This document shows positions 18,040 to 27,361 of a stretch of 32,000 nt of DNA, in pieces; positions within the stretch are counted from its first letter, which is position 1, and every line of letters starts with the position of its first letter. This stretch comes from Promethearchaeota archaeon (GTDB lineage: Archaea; Asgardarchaeota; Lokiarchaeia; Sigyniarchaeales; SOKP01), in NCBI GenBank assembly GCA_030606485.1, contig JAUWGH010000013.1, forward strand, positions 8,162 through 40,161. The letters run 5' to 3'. The notes under the pieces are model-generated. The model had not been told where the DNA came from. It saw nothing but the letters and a program-made list of their open reading frames with translations, and made no database searches. The translations under genes and the position numbers were made by a program.

Positions 18040-21000
18040 TTGGTTGAGCACAAAAACATGGCAGAGGTAAAAGATAATTCAGCATATCCGTATGTATCGG
18101 TATTCAAAAAGAAACCTTTTAGGTCATTTACTTTTGCCATAGAGGAAGATATAGGGAATTTTTTTATACCAGATTATAATAAGATCGTAGAATTTTACAG
18201 ATATTTTGAAAAAAATTTATTAAATTTTAAAAATCTGAATTTAGAGAATATATATTGGTTTCTTTTATTGGGGAAATATTTGAGGGAAGATATATCCATA
18301 AATCTCAAAAAGATCATTAATTTCATAACAGGATGTGAAATTTTTGAAGAAAATTCCCTAGGATTTAAGTTCTCTCCTGAATCTAAACAGAGAAAACCCG
18401 ATAATTGGTCAACCTTTTTTGCTTTAGCCAGTTTAAATTTATTAGGACAATTAGATGCTTATTTGTCTACACATCCAAGAGAAAATATAAAAGAAAAGAT
18501 TATTAATTTTATTTTTAAGACCAGAGATAAAGGGCGTTTTGTTCATTGTTTAAACAAAAATTGTACAATTTGCCAAAAAACAACGCCTATTAGAACAAGT
18601 TTTTTCGTAATAGAAGCATTAATTCTTCTAGATTTTGATATCAAATTACAACAAAATGTGTTTTTAAAATATTTTAATGATTTAAAAAAGAAATATTCTA
18701 TAATATTTCAATTACTGAGTCTTAAATATTTTGATTTAATTTCTGATATCGAGACTAAACACTTAAAATATTTACACCAATTTCAACAAAATGATGGTGG
18801 TTTTAGTTTTAAGGAAAATATTGGAAAAATTAATGAAACATTTTGGATTATTTATGTTTTGGAAAACTATTCCTGGTTGCTTGATTACAATCGTGGAAGG
18901 ATTTATTCTTTTCTCTCAACGAAAATCAAAGGCTTAAATCATGATTATAATTCATTTAATACCTTGAAATTGATGGATATTTCGAAAATTATTTTAATGT
19001 GCTCATTTATTTGGTCTAAATTTATTGAAGAAGTTGAGAGAACCGCTTTTAGACATTTGGATATAAATACTTCTTTAGACTTAAATATTTTGAAAAAAGA
19101 GTTAGGAATAAATGAGGGAATACCAGAAATTCTTAGATATATTAATCAGAAATATAACTTTAATTTAGAGATTTTAGATAATGAAATTGAATTTAATAAT
19201 TATTTAAGAAATTTAACTCGAGAAAATGCATATTTAGCTAAATCAGTATATGCGTCGATAAAAAATAATAGCGTCATCTATTTAAATAAACTTCTGAATG
19301 ACTATAAATACAATTACCCAAATAAGTCAAAAAAAATTAGGGATTTGATCCTTCTAATAGAAGATTTAATTTCGCACAACTTTTTCCAAGGTCGAATTCT
19401 TCGGAAAAACATGATTTTTTTTAGTAAATATTATTTATATAAAGACAAATTTATTTATGAAGTAATTAGAATTGATTCTGATATAAATAGCGAAGAAATA
19501 ATTAATGAAAAATTTAAATTGGAGGAAATCAAAACAGATATTTATAATATTATAATTAAATTAAAAGATACGCCAAAAAAGATTAAAGAAGAGATTAAAA
19601 GCCTAATACTTGTAAATGAATTCGACTTAGCAAAAGAAAGGTTAAAATATAATGTTAAAAATGCTTTAATGGAAGCCGATTTTTTAAATGAAAATATTGA
19701 AAATTCCTTTTCTACAGATTTTAAATACATAAATCCAAATTATCAGTTATCTAATGAGATAGTAGAATGGAACAAGAATTATTCGGAAATTCGAGGCAAG
19801 TATTTTAATTTACAAAATTATTTTAATGAAATTTTCAAGGAAAAAGAAAATTTAAAAAATTTCAAATTAATTTTGAATAAATTGGAAGACATAATTGACA
19901 AAAATGAACAAAAGATCTATTCTTTAATTGATCACTTTAAAAACTTATTTAGAGAATCCCTAGAGAAATCATATTCCAATGAAATTGTCCAACAATTATT
20001 AAAAGTATGCGAACATCTTAATTCAGAAATTATGAAATTAGATACGCAAATCTATGAAATATCACATAAAATTACTTCTAAAGAAAAATCCATTCAAAAA
20101 GTGCAAAAGAAGGTCATCTCAAAATGGATATCAATTAAAGAAGATGCAGATACGTTTATTGATTATTTCCTAGAAGGATTTAAGATTTATGAAAATGATA
20201 AAAATGAAATGAATGAAATAGAACAAAGTACTTCTATGATGATTAATGAACTCAAAAACACAGTTGATTTAATTTTAAAAGAAAAGAAATATCAACTGGC
20301 ACTGGAAATTATTGAAGAGAAAACTGAGAAGCATTTAAATGAAAAATTAGAATTAGTTAAAAATTCTCAATCGAAGTTAAAGGAAAATATGAAGAGTAAG
20401 AGAAAACTTTTTCTACTTCTAAAAAAAATTCAAGAGGATTGGAATAATTTAGAGCAAAAAATAATTGCGAAAATTGATAATTATCGAAATTCTATTGAAG
20501 AGAAAGTTATTCAAGAACGCGAACTTGAGAAATTAAAAGAATTTGACTATTTTATAAAAAGCAATATTTCTATTTTAAAAGAACAAATAAGAAAGAAAGA
20601 AAATGAATGTGAGAAAGATTTAAATTATCAAAAACTTAAAATCAACAATTTAAAATCTCGAATTGATAAACTTTCTAAAGAGTATTCAGATCTCAACGAA
20701 AAAGTTAAAAATAAAGTAAAACAACTTACTAAAATTGTAGTGGATTTTCAAGAGAAATCAAAGTTATGTATGTTATCATGGAATAAATTCCTAGATCTAT
20801 TTAAAAATAATTTGAATGATTTAAAAAATAAATATACAAACGAAATTATTAAACAAGAGATTCTGTCAACTAGCTCACAATCAAAAACAAATCTCATAAA
20901 ACTAGATGATTTAAAGAAAAAATTGAATCTTAAATGTAATGTTTTAATAGAAAGAATTAATGAAATGATAGAAATTACAAAATTAGACGGAGAATTGGAT

Positions 21001-22470
21001 GAAAATGACAAAGAACTTCTTGTTCACACTGATGATTATTATAAGAATAAACAATTGCGAAATTTTATTGAAAAACAAATAGAGAAATTAGGAAATGATT
21101 TCGGAAAATTAGTATCTCTATATGAATCTGCAATAAAAAATAAATCTCTTAAAGTTAATATTTTAGAAATTCAAAATAGAATAGAAGATTTTAATACACG
21201 GCAATTAAATTTAGAAAGAAGTTACCAAAATGAAATTTTAAAAATTGGTATAAATATAAATAGAGATGATTTCTTAGCGAATAGAAATTTTTTCAATACT
21301 GAACTTAATAGATATAGAGATATTATTGATGAAATTAACAAAAATACAATACTTTTTAATCAACTTATTAATTTCATCGGTGGAGTATTCAACTCTCTAA
21401 GAATCCAATTACGGGAATTAAATAAATCCTTTCAAGATGAAGCTGAAAAAATAAATGATTATGAGAAACTTTTAAATAATTTTAGCGGAAAAATCTTGAA
21501 ATTATCTGAAACTATGAGAGTTTCTTTCAATAAAAATGAGCAAGAAATTAGCACCACGATGATCCAGAATGAAAGTTTAAAAATATTAAATTCTGAAATT
21601 CGAGAAGAGCTCGTTTTTAATAAAAATTTATTTAATAAAGAATTTGAAGAATTTAAGGAAAATGTATCAAAAAAATTAAACTTGATTAAAAATGACGCTT
21701 TAAAAGAGAATTTAATGCATTTTATAAATAGAAACCAGGTTCTACTTAATCAAATGCTAGGATCCTTAGAACGAAAAGTTGAAGATAAATTAGAAATTAA
21801 AGATTTTAAATCTACAAGTATTATGGTTCAAAGAAGGGTTAAGAAAATACGTGAAAAATTAAAATATATTGAAAATGAAACATCTAAACTTAAAAAAGAA
21901 TTCAAAAAAGCATCTCCTACATTCAATACAAAAAATAAATTTCTTTTTGATGATTTCAAACATTTTCTGCATGAGTATGATGAGATAATTAATGAGAAAA
22001 TTAAAAAATTAGAGCAATTAATTCTAAAAAGCTATGTTGAAATTGTTATTAAAGCGGTAAAAGACGAATATATAACAATATCTTTTTTGGCGCACGAACT
22101 AAAAAATAAAAAAGATAAGATTCAAACATATATTATAAATATGATTGGTGCTAATGAATTACCTGGAAAATATGACCCTGAACTTCAGATTTATTTTGAA
22201 AATCTTGAGATTATTGATAATCTAAACCCGGCTCAGCTAAAAGTAATTAAAACTACTAATTTTAAACTCTATGAATTTCTTAACCGGTTACGTTTTTTTA
22301 CCAGTCAATATAGTTCCATACTTACTTTTATTGCCGCAATTTTCACAATAACATTATCCCTTTATAATTTATCTGGGGGAAATCCATTAACAGTAATAAT
22401 TCCTCTCTCTATTGCGATATTAATTACCTTATATCTTTTATTAAGAAAGCAAAAAGAAGAGAAAATATGA
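18040..22470 (+). CDS. Large coiled-coil protein with N-terminal prenyltransferase-like repeats, PCI-like winged-helix modules and a C-terminal TM hairpin; likely start ATG at 18058
   Basis: Uninterrupted 1476-aa ORF rich in K/E/N/I/L. Contains FQQNDGGFS...NETFW, IKLDDLKKKLNL...MIEITKLDGELD and ITISFLAHEL...MIGANELPGKYD, with two hydrophobic helices at the C-terminus. Confidence 0.7.
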   Translation: MVEHKNMAEVKDNSAYPYVSVFKKKPFRSFTFAIEEDIGNFFIPDYNKIVEFYRYFEKNLLNFKNLNLENIYWFLLLGKYLREDISINLKKIINFITGCEIFEENSLGFKFSPESKQRKPDNWSTFFALASLNLLGQLDAYLSTHPRENIKEKIINFIFKTRDKGRFVHCLNKNCTICQKTTPIRTSFFVIEALILLDFDIKLQQNVFLKYFNDLKKKYSIIFQLLSLKYFDLISDIETKHLKYLHQFQQNDGGFSFKENIGKINETFWIIYVLENYSWLLDYNRGRIYSFLSTKIKGLNHDYNSFNTLKLMDISKIILMCSFIWSKFIEEVERTAFRHLDINTSLDLNILKKELGINEGIPEILRYINQKYNFNLEILDNEIEFNNYLRNLTRENAYLAKSVYASIKNNSVIYLNKLLNDYKYNYPNKSKKIRDLILLIEDLISHNFFQGRILRKNMIFFSKYYLYKDKFIYEVIRIDSDINSEEIINEKFKLEEIKTDIYNIIIKLKDTPKKIKEEIKSLILVNEFDLAKERLKYNVKNALMEADFLNENIENSFSTDFKYINPNYQLSNEIVEWNKNYSEIRGKYFNLQNYFNEIFKEKENLKNFKLILNKLEDIIDKNEQKIYSLIDHFKNLFRESLEKSYSNEIVQQLLKVCEHLNSEIMKLDTQIYEISHKITSKEKSIQKVQKKVISKWISIKEDADTFIDYFLEGFKIYENDKNEMNEIEQSTSMMINELKNTVDLILKEKKYQLALEIIEEKTEKHLNEKLELVKNSQSKLKENMKSKRKLFLLLKKIQEDWNNLEQKIIAKIDNYRNSIEEKVIQERELEKLKEFDYFIKSNISILKEQIRKKENECEKDLNYQKLKINNLKSRIDKLSKEYSDLNEKVKNKVKQLTKIVVDFQEKSKLCMLSWNKFLDLFKNNLNDLKNKYTNEIIKQEILSTSSQSKTNLIKLDDLKKKLNLKCNVLIERINEMIEITKLDGELDENDKELLVHTDDYYKNKQLRNFIEKQIEKLGNDFGKLVSLYESAIKNKSLKVNILEIQNRIEDFNTRQLNLERSYQNEILKIGININRDDFLANRNFFNTELNRYRDIIDEINKNTILFNQLINFIGGVFNSLRIQLRELNKSFQDEAEKINDYEKLLNNFSGKILKLSETMRVSFNKNEQEISTTMIQNESLKILNSEIREELVFNKNLFNKEFEEFKENVSKKLNLIKNDALKENLMHFINRNQVLLNQMLGSLERKVEDKLEIKDFKSTSIMVQRRVKKIREKLKYIENETSKLKKEFKKASPTFNTKNKFLFDDFKHFLHEYDEIINEKIKKLEQLILKSYVEIVIKAVKDEYITISFLAHELKNKKDKIQTYIINMIGANELPGKYDPELQIYFENLEIIDNLNPAQLKVIKTTNFKLYEFLNRLRFFTSQYSSILTFIAAIFTITLSLYNLSGGNPLTVIIPLSIAILITLYLLLRKQKEEKI

Positions 22471-22491
22471 ATTAAAATTACATAAAATTTT

Positions 22492-24039
22492 TTATACGTT
22501 TACTTTTCTTGCTTGCTCAATCACTTTCATTGGTGATTGTTGTACCGTTAAATCTTCATACATATTGTTTTCTTTTAATTGAGAGCTAATTACATCTCCA
22601 GAAACTCCCATAGTACGAAGCATTTGGTAACCATTTCTTATTACTGCTTTAATGAATCTAGGGACTTGGGGAAGCATCCAATTGAATTTGGAAAATGGAT
22701 TAATATAACGTTTTGCTATCATTTTGAGCCAATCTCTGCCCATATAATAATCAGCATAAGCTTCTGCCACTAACCCATACATCTCTTGATTGCTTAATTG
22801 TTCTGTTCTCATCATAGCATGGAAGAGATCGTAGTACTTATAGTTGTTGGTTGTAATCATATTTTTACTCTTCATCTCGTCGTAAAAGGGAGTGCCAGGA
22901 AAGGCGGTAATTGGTGTAAATTGTACAAAAGTCAAATTAAGCGATTTTGTGAATGAAATATTTTGACGGACCATTTCTTTGGTTTCACCAGGATAGCCAA
23001 TTATTACACCTCCAAAAATAGAAATACCATGATCTTGCAGCATTTTAACAACTTTTATTATTTTAGCAGGTGTAGTATTTATTTTACCCATAGCATCAAG
23101 GCTTTGTTGATGAACAGATTCAATGCCAAGAAATACTTGTCTCATACCTGCTTTTTGCATAAGATCAACTAACCATGGATTTTGGTAAAGTGTATCGACT
23201 CTTGATTGGCAGCTAAAATAAAATTTATTTGGAAACCCCGTCTGGATAATAGTATCTAAAATTTTTTTGGTACGTTTAGCTTTAATAGTAAAATTATCTT
23301 CACAGAAAAAAATAAAATTATGACCCAAATTCACATCATATATTTCTTGCATGATTCTTTTTACGCTTTTAGTTCGATATGAGATATGGTGGATGGGATC
23401 TTTCCACATTTTAATGATACAACAAAATTTACACGAGTGGGGGCATCCTCTTGATGTTTCAAGTTGAGCCACTCTTGTACCTAAATAAATATACTTTTTC
23501 CATTTTAATAAATCTCTTCTAGGCATAGGAAAATTATCTAAGTTCGTTTCTAATCTGCGATCCTTATTATGAATAACTTTCCCATTATTATTTTTATAGG
23601 AAACACCATCTATTTCTTTTAATGCTACTTGATTTAGATTTCCATCAATATAATCAATTATTTCTTTAAAAGTATGCTCACCTTCACCCCGAATTGCATA
23701 GTCAACGGATTGATGTTTAGCTACATAATCCGGATCGAGTGTTGGATGATATCCGCCAATAATTGTTGTACAACCCTGTTCTTTGGCCATTTGTGCAACT
23801 TCAAACGCGTGATCTATTTGGGGTGTCATACTTGTAATCGCAACAACATCATGACGGTTTAATTCGCGTCGAAATCTTTTTTCTTTAAATTTATCAATTT
23901 TGAAATCAAATAATTTTGCGTCATGTTCAGGAACCATAGCTGCGATTGAAATAAGACTCAGTGGGGGACCTTTAATGATCGCATCAAGCCCAGATTCGAG
24001 TCGAGCTGGATTAACATATAAGATTCTCATACTACTCAA
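22492..24039 (-). CDS. Cobalamin-binding-domain radical SAM protein; likely start ATG at 24030
   Basis: N-terminal B12-binding region (VVAITSMT, TIIGGYHPT, IRGEGE), then ETSRGCPHSCKFC (CxxxCxxC), EDNF, FLGIES, IIGYPGET. Confidence 0.9.
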   Translation of the reverse strand: MSSMRILYVNPARLESGLDAIIKGPPLSLISIAAMVPEHDAKLFDFKIDKFKEKRFRRELNRHDVVAITSMTPQIDHAFEVAQMAKEQGCTTIIGGYHPTLDPDYVAKHQSVDYAIRGEGEHTFKEIIDYIDGNLNQVALKEIDGVSYKNNNGKVIHNKDRRLETNLDNFPMPRRDLLKWKKYIYLGTRVAQLETSRGCPHSCKFCCIIKMWKDPIHHISYRTKSVKRIMQEIYDVNLGHNFIFFCEDNFTIKAKRTKKILDTIIQTGFPNKFYFSCQSRVDTLYQNPWLVDLMQKAGMRQVFLGIESVHQQSLDAMGKINTTPAKIIKVVKMLQDHGISIFGGVIIGYPGETKEMVRQNISFTKSLNLTFVQFTPITAFPGTPFYDEMKSKNMITTNNYKYYDLFHAMMRTEQLSNQEMYGLVAEAYADYYMGRDWLKMIAKRYINPFSKFNWMLPQVPRFIKAVIRNGYQMLRTMGVSGDVISSQLKENNMYEDLTVQQSPMKVIEQARKVNV

Positions 24040-24148
24040 AATATTATTTGTTTGTTAAATCTACATAAAAATCAATTTACTTAGAACATAGTAGTTAAAA
24101 AAAGTATTTAAACTTGTCTGTTCTACATACCCTTATAAATAAAATTAG

Positions 24149-24166
24149 AAAAAAAAGAAAAAAAAA
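24149..24166 (-). terminator. Oligo-U tract, putative archaeal-type terminator
   Basis: A8-G-A9 on the + strand, a U-rich run on the - strand ~20 nt after the stop at 24187. Confidence 0.35.
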
Positions 24167-24186
24167 GGTTTGTAAAGTTCTATTCT

Positions 24187-25365
24187 CTAAATTTCAACGT
24201 CATACTCTAATTGGTCGATAATTTCTATTAGATCTAAGATTTCAAACCCCATATTAAATTTTTCATTTGCATCGCTTAAATTGGTTCTACAAAATGGACA
24301 TGTTGAAGATACAATAGATGCCCCAGTTTCTTTTGCTTCTTCTAATCTTTCCTGTGATATTTCAACGGACCAATCTGGATATCCAATCTTAACACCTCCT
24401 CCAGCACCGCAACACCATGCATGATTCCGATTTCGTCTCATTTCTACAAAATTTATTCCAGGAATCTGTTTATAAACATCTCTTGGGATTTCATATATAC
24501 CAGAATGTCTACCTAAATGACATGGATCGTGATAGGTCACAGTTTTATTGTAATTTGATTTGAATTTTAATTTACCTTTTTCTATTAATTCCTTAAGCAG
24601 TTCACAAGTATGATATAGTTTAAAATCATATACAATACCAAATTTTTTAAAATCATTCTTTAATGTTCGATAACACCCAGCACAGGAAGTAATTACCTTA
24701 GTTGCACCCGCTTCTTTTATCTTTTCTATGTTATAATTCATAAATTCTTTTGAAATCGAGATTTGACCCGTTCTTATCATGGGAGAAGTGCAACAATGCT
24801 CATCGATTAATGTAAAATTAATACTTGCCTTTTTGAGAAAGTTTAATGTTGCATCTCTTAAGGATTGTTGGCGATAATTTGAAGTGCATCCAATATAATA
24901 TACCCATTCTGCTTTATCGGGTAAATCATATTTTTTCTTTAGCTCTTCATTATCAGAATTTGGTTCATCATAAGGATTAAATTTTTTAATAGCTCGCTCA
25001 ATTAATTTTTCTTGGTTTTGGGCTGGACCAATATGTTTGACTGCTAACTCTCTCAAGGCTTCTATCATATCAACAATATAATCTGCATGTGGTGCTTGAC
25101 ATGCATCCATACACGCTCCGCAAGTAGGACATGCAAAAATGGCATCTTTTAATTCATCATTCCATTCTAAATCTCCATTTAATAACCCCCTTATAGTTCT
25201 TATCTTACCAGATGCCCAAAATGATTCAAATAGGAATTTTTCACCTGAAGGACATGATGGTTCAAAAGTCTTATAACTATATTTGCACGTACTACATTTT
25301 ATACACCGCTCAAAAGCCATTTCTAGATACTCTTTCCCCATTAAACTATTATCTATTTCTACCAT
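24187..25365 (-). CDS. (Fe-S)-binding protein, HdrD/GlcF-like CCG-domain protein
   Basis: CIKCSTC...CP, CPTCGACMDAC, YIGC/HCCTSP/SCAGC, YHDPCHLGRH/WCCGAGGG/TCPFC. TAAATG junction with the upstream gene. Confidence 0.9.
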   Translation of the reverse strand: MVEIDNSLMGKEYLEMAFERCIKCSTCKYSYKTFEPSCPSGEKFLFESFWASGKIRTIRGLLNGDLEWNDELKDAIFACPTCGACMDACQAPHADYIVDMIEALRELAVKHIGPAQNQEKLIERAIKKFNPYDEPNSDNEELKKKYDLPDKAEWVYYIGCTSNYRQQSLRDATLNFLKKASINFTLIDEHCCTSPMIRTGQISISKEFMNYNIEKIKEAGATKVITSCAGCYRTLKNDFKKFGIVYDFKLYHTCELLKELIEKGKLKFKSNYNKTVTYHDPCHLGRHSGIYEIPRDVYKQIPGINFVEMRRNRNHAWCCGAGGGVKIGYPDWSVEISQERLEEAKETGASIVSSTCPFCRTNLSDANEKFNMGFEILDLIEIIDQLEYDVEI

Positions 25366-26841
25366 TTATGTATTCCACCTCCCTGGATTAAAGATACCAT
25401 TTGGATCCATACATTTTTTTATTTTTTCAAATAAGTTTAACCAGCCAGGATTAATTTTTTTACGCATTTTTTCCGTCATCCAGGCAGGTGTTTTATAAGG
25501 GATACAACCCAATTCTAAACAAGTATCAACGATTTCTTCTAATAACTTATGAATTCTTTCCTCATCTTTAAATTTATCAAAGCGTATTATTGGTCTAAAT
25601 ATGCAATAATGTGAATATTTCATGCTTTTCATGTATAGGTACAACGGAACATTATATTTTTTAAAAAGTTTATCTACTTTTTGTGATAATTCTTCTATTT
25701 TATGAGAGGGAGCATAACTACCAAACCATGTTAAACCAGAATATTCAAATAAAGATAAAACCATTGATGGTAAATCTACTAAACTACGAAGTCTTAAGTT
25801 AAATAATTTTACAAATTCATCAAAATCTATTGAATATACTCTAATACCTTTTTGTTTAATTTTCTCAACTGTATTTAAATATATCTCCTTTTTTGCTTTA
25901 TATTCATTCTCTGTATGAGCCGTAATTATGGAAATCGACATCATTCTTGGCTCTCCAGGAAATGTTTTAGGTTCCGGAATTCCACAGCACATTTTAACTA
26001 TTTCAATGCTTCCAAGGGCAATATCATCAATAACCTCCGTTCTTCCAATTTCTCTACTAATTTCTCCTACATCCTCCAAATTAAAAATTATTAATGCTTC
26101 AGATTTACGAATTGATTTCTTTGGCCATAATTGAACTGCACATTTTGTTATTAATCCGGTCATACCTTGCCAATTTACAAATAATCCCATTAAATCGGGC
26201 ATTGGATAACGACTCCACCAACTATCGGGGTCAGCTTCCTCTTTCCCATAAAAACATGAACCTATCCGTGCGATGTCGCCATCAACTGTAATAACTTCTA
26301 AACCGTTAATAGAATCCCCCATTGATCCGATTTTACATGACAAATTATTCATACCGCTTAACATAACATTTCCTACTACACCTGCATAGGGTGGTGCAAA
26401 AGGATAATTATATCTAAGGTGCGGATAATTTTCATCTAAATGCTTCTTTAATTGTCCAAATGTCACTCCGGGTTCTAGTAAAGCATACATCATATTTTCA
26501 TTTATATGTAAGATTTTATTCATTTTTTTACCGAAATCTACGATAATTCCTCCCCGTTCCGGTATTGTGAGGCCTCCAACATTATTTCCAGAGATATAGG
26601 GAACAATAGGGATTACATTTTGATTACAATATTTAACTAACTCTACTAATTGTTCTTTATTTTCTGGGATTACAACAAAATCCGGCATATTCGGAGCGCA
26701 TTCGGTCATATCGTAAGAATAAGGATATAAATCAACACTTTTACTTGATACATTCTCCTTTCCAAAAATTTCAACTAACTTTTTATAAACTTCTTCTTTA
26801 TTGACTTTTTCAAAAATATTTGTTTCTTTTGAGATTGTCAT
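25366..26841 (-). CDS. FAD-binding oxidoreductase (VAO/PCMH fold)
   Basis: PYISGNN, IVDFGKKMNKIL, YALLEPGVTFGQL, GLEVIT, GMTGLITK, GCIPYKTP, MDPNGIFNPGR. Confidence 0.9.
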   Translation of the reverse strand: MTISKETNIFEKVNKEEVYKKLVEIFGKENVSSKSVDLYPYSYDMTECAPNMPDFVVIPENKEQLVELVKYCNQNVIPIVPYISGNNVGGLTIPERGGIIVDFGKKMNKILHINENMMYALLEPGVTFGQLKKHLDENYPHLRYNYPFAPPYAGVVGNVMLSGMNNLSCKIGSMGDSINGLEVITVDGDIARIGSCFYGKEEADPDSWWSRYPMPDLMGLFVNWQGMTGLITKCAVQLWPKKSIRKSEALIIFNLEDVGEISREIGRTEVIDDIALGSIEIVKMCCGIPEPKTFPGEPRMMSISIITAHTENEYKAKKEIYLNTVEKIKQKGIRVYSIDFDEFVKLFNLRLRSLVDLPSMVLSLFEYSGLTWFGSYAPSHKIEELSQKVDKLFKKYNVPLYLYMKSMKYSHYCIFRPIIRFDKFKDEERIHKLLEEIVDTCLELGCIPYKTPAWMTEKMRKKINPGWLNLFEKIKKCMDPNGIFNPGRWNT

Positions 26842-26853
26842 AAATTTTACCCC

Positions 26854-27276
26854 TTACCTGGTTTTCTTATTCAATTCAAAATAATTGGTATTAGGTTCCG
26901 CTGCAACCATTTGCATAGAAACCATAAAAATGTTATAGAATCTAACCATTAAATCACTATCATCACCTAATCCTTCCATCTCCATTAATCCTTCTCCCAC
27001 CCCAAGAAGGGGATCTTCCCGACCATAAGCAAAATCCAGCATAGTTTGCAAGTTAAGCTTTACTTTCATATCAGCCTTATCAGATTCTCCTATCTCGAAC
27101 TTTATCATATTACCATCAAAGATAACAGTCAATGGATAAAATGGTTCTATATGAATAACAATTTTCTTATTCCAGTTAGAGACAAGTTCAATGAATTCTT
27201 CTTCATTTTTTCTATAGCTAAAAATGTTATGCAAGGATATCGAAATTAAATCCTCGGGTTTTTGTATAGAAATCAT
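26854..27276 (-). CDS. SCP2 sterol/lipid-binding-domain-like protein
   Basis: 140 aa with the SCP2-like pattern: hydrophobic strand (LTVIFDGNMIKF), ADMKVKLNLQTMLDFAYG.DP...GLMEMEG. Lies 12 bp upstream of the flavoprotein gene. Confidence 0.6.
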   Translation of the reverse strand: MISIQKPEDLISISLHNIFSYRKNEEEFIELVSNWNKKIVIHIEPFYPLTVIFDGNMIKFEIGESDKADMKVKLNLQTMLDFAYGREDPLLGVGEGLMEMEGLGDDSDLMVRFYNIFMVSMQMVAAEPNTNYFELNKKTR

Positions 27277-27361
27277 TTTTTAATCACATTAATTTTGGTA
27301 AATATTATTTATGTTATTATTTGATATTAGTTATAATTAATATTATATTTTTATTAAGTAT

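Noticed and set aside
18040-22470. SMC/Rad50 or defence-system ATPase call for the giant protein
   Set aside because: No Walker A/B or ABC signature motif, and it has a C-terminal membrane anchor.
18040-22470. Very low GC of the giant gene as a sign of horizontal transfer
   Set aside because: Adequately explained by its Lys/Asn/Ile/Glu-rich coiled-coil composition in an already AT-rich genome.
3579-26841. Naming the pairs glcD/glcF, dld or hdrD
   Set aside because: Fold-level similarity only. The EHGxG motif is absent and there are no HdrE/HdrA partners, so no gene symbol is justified.
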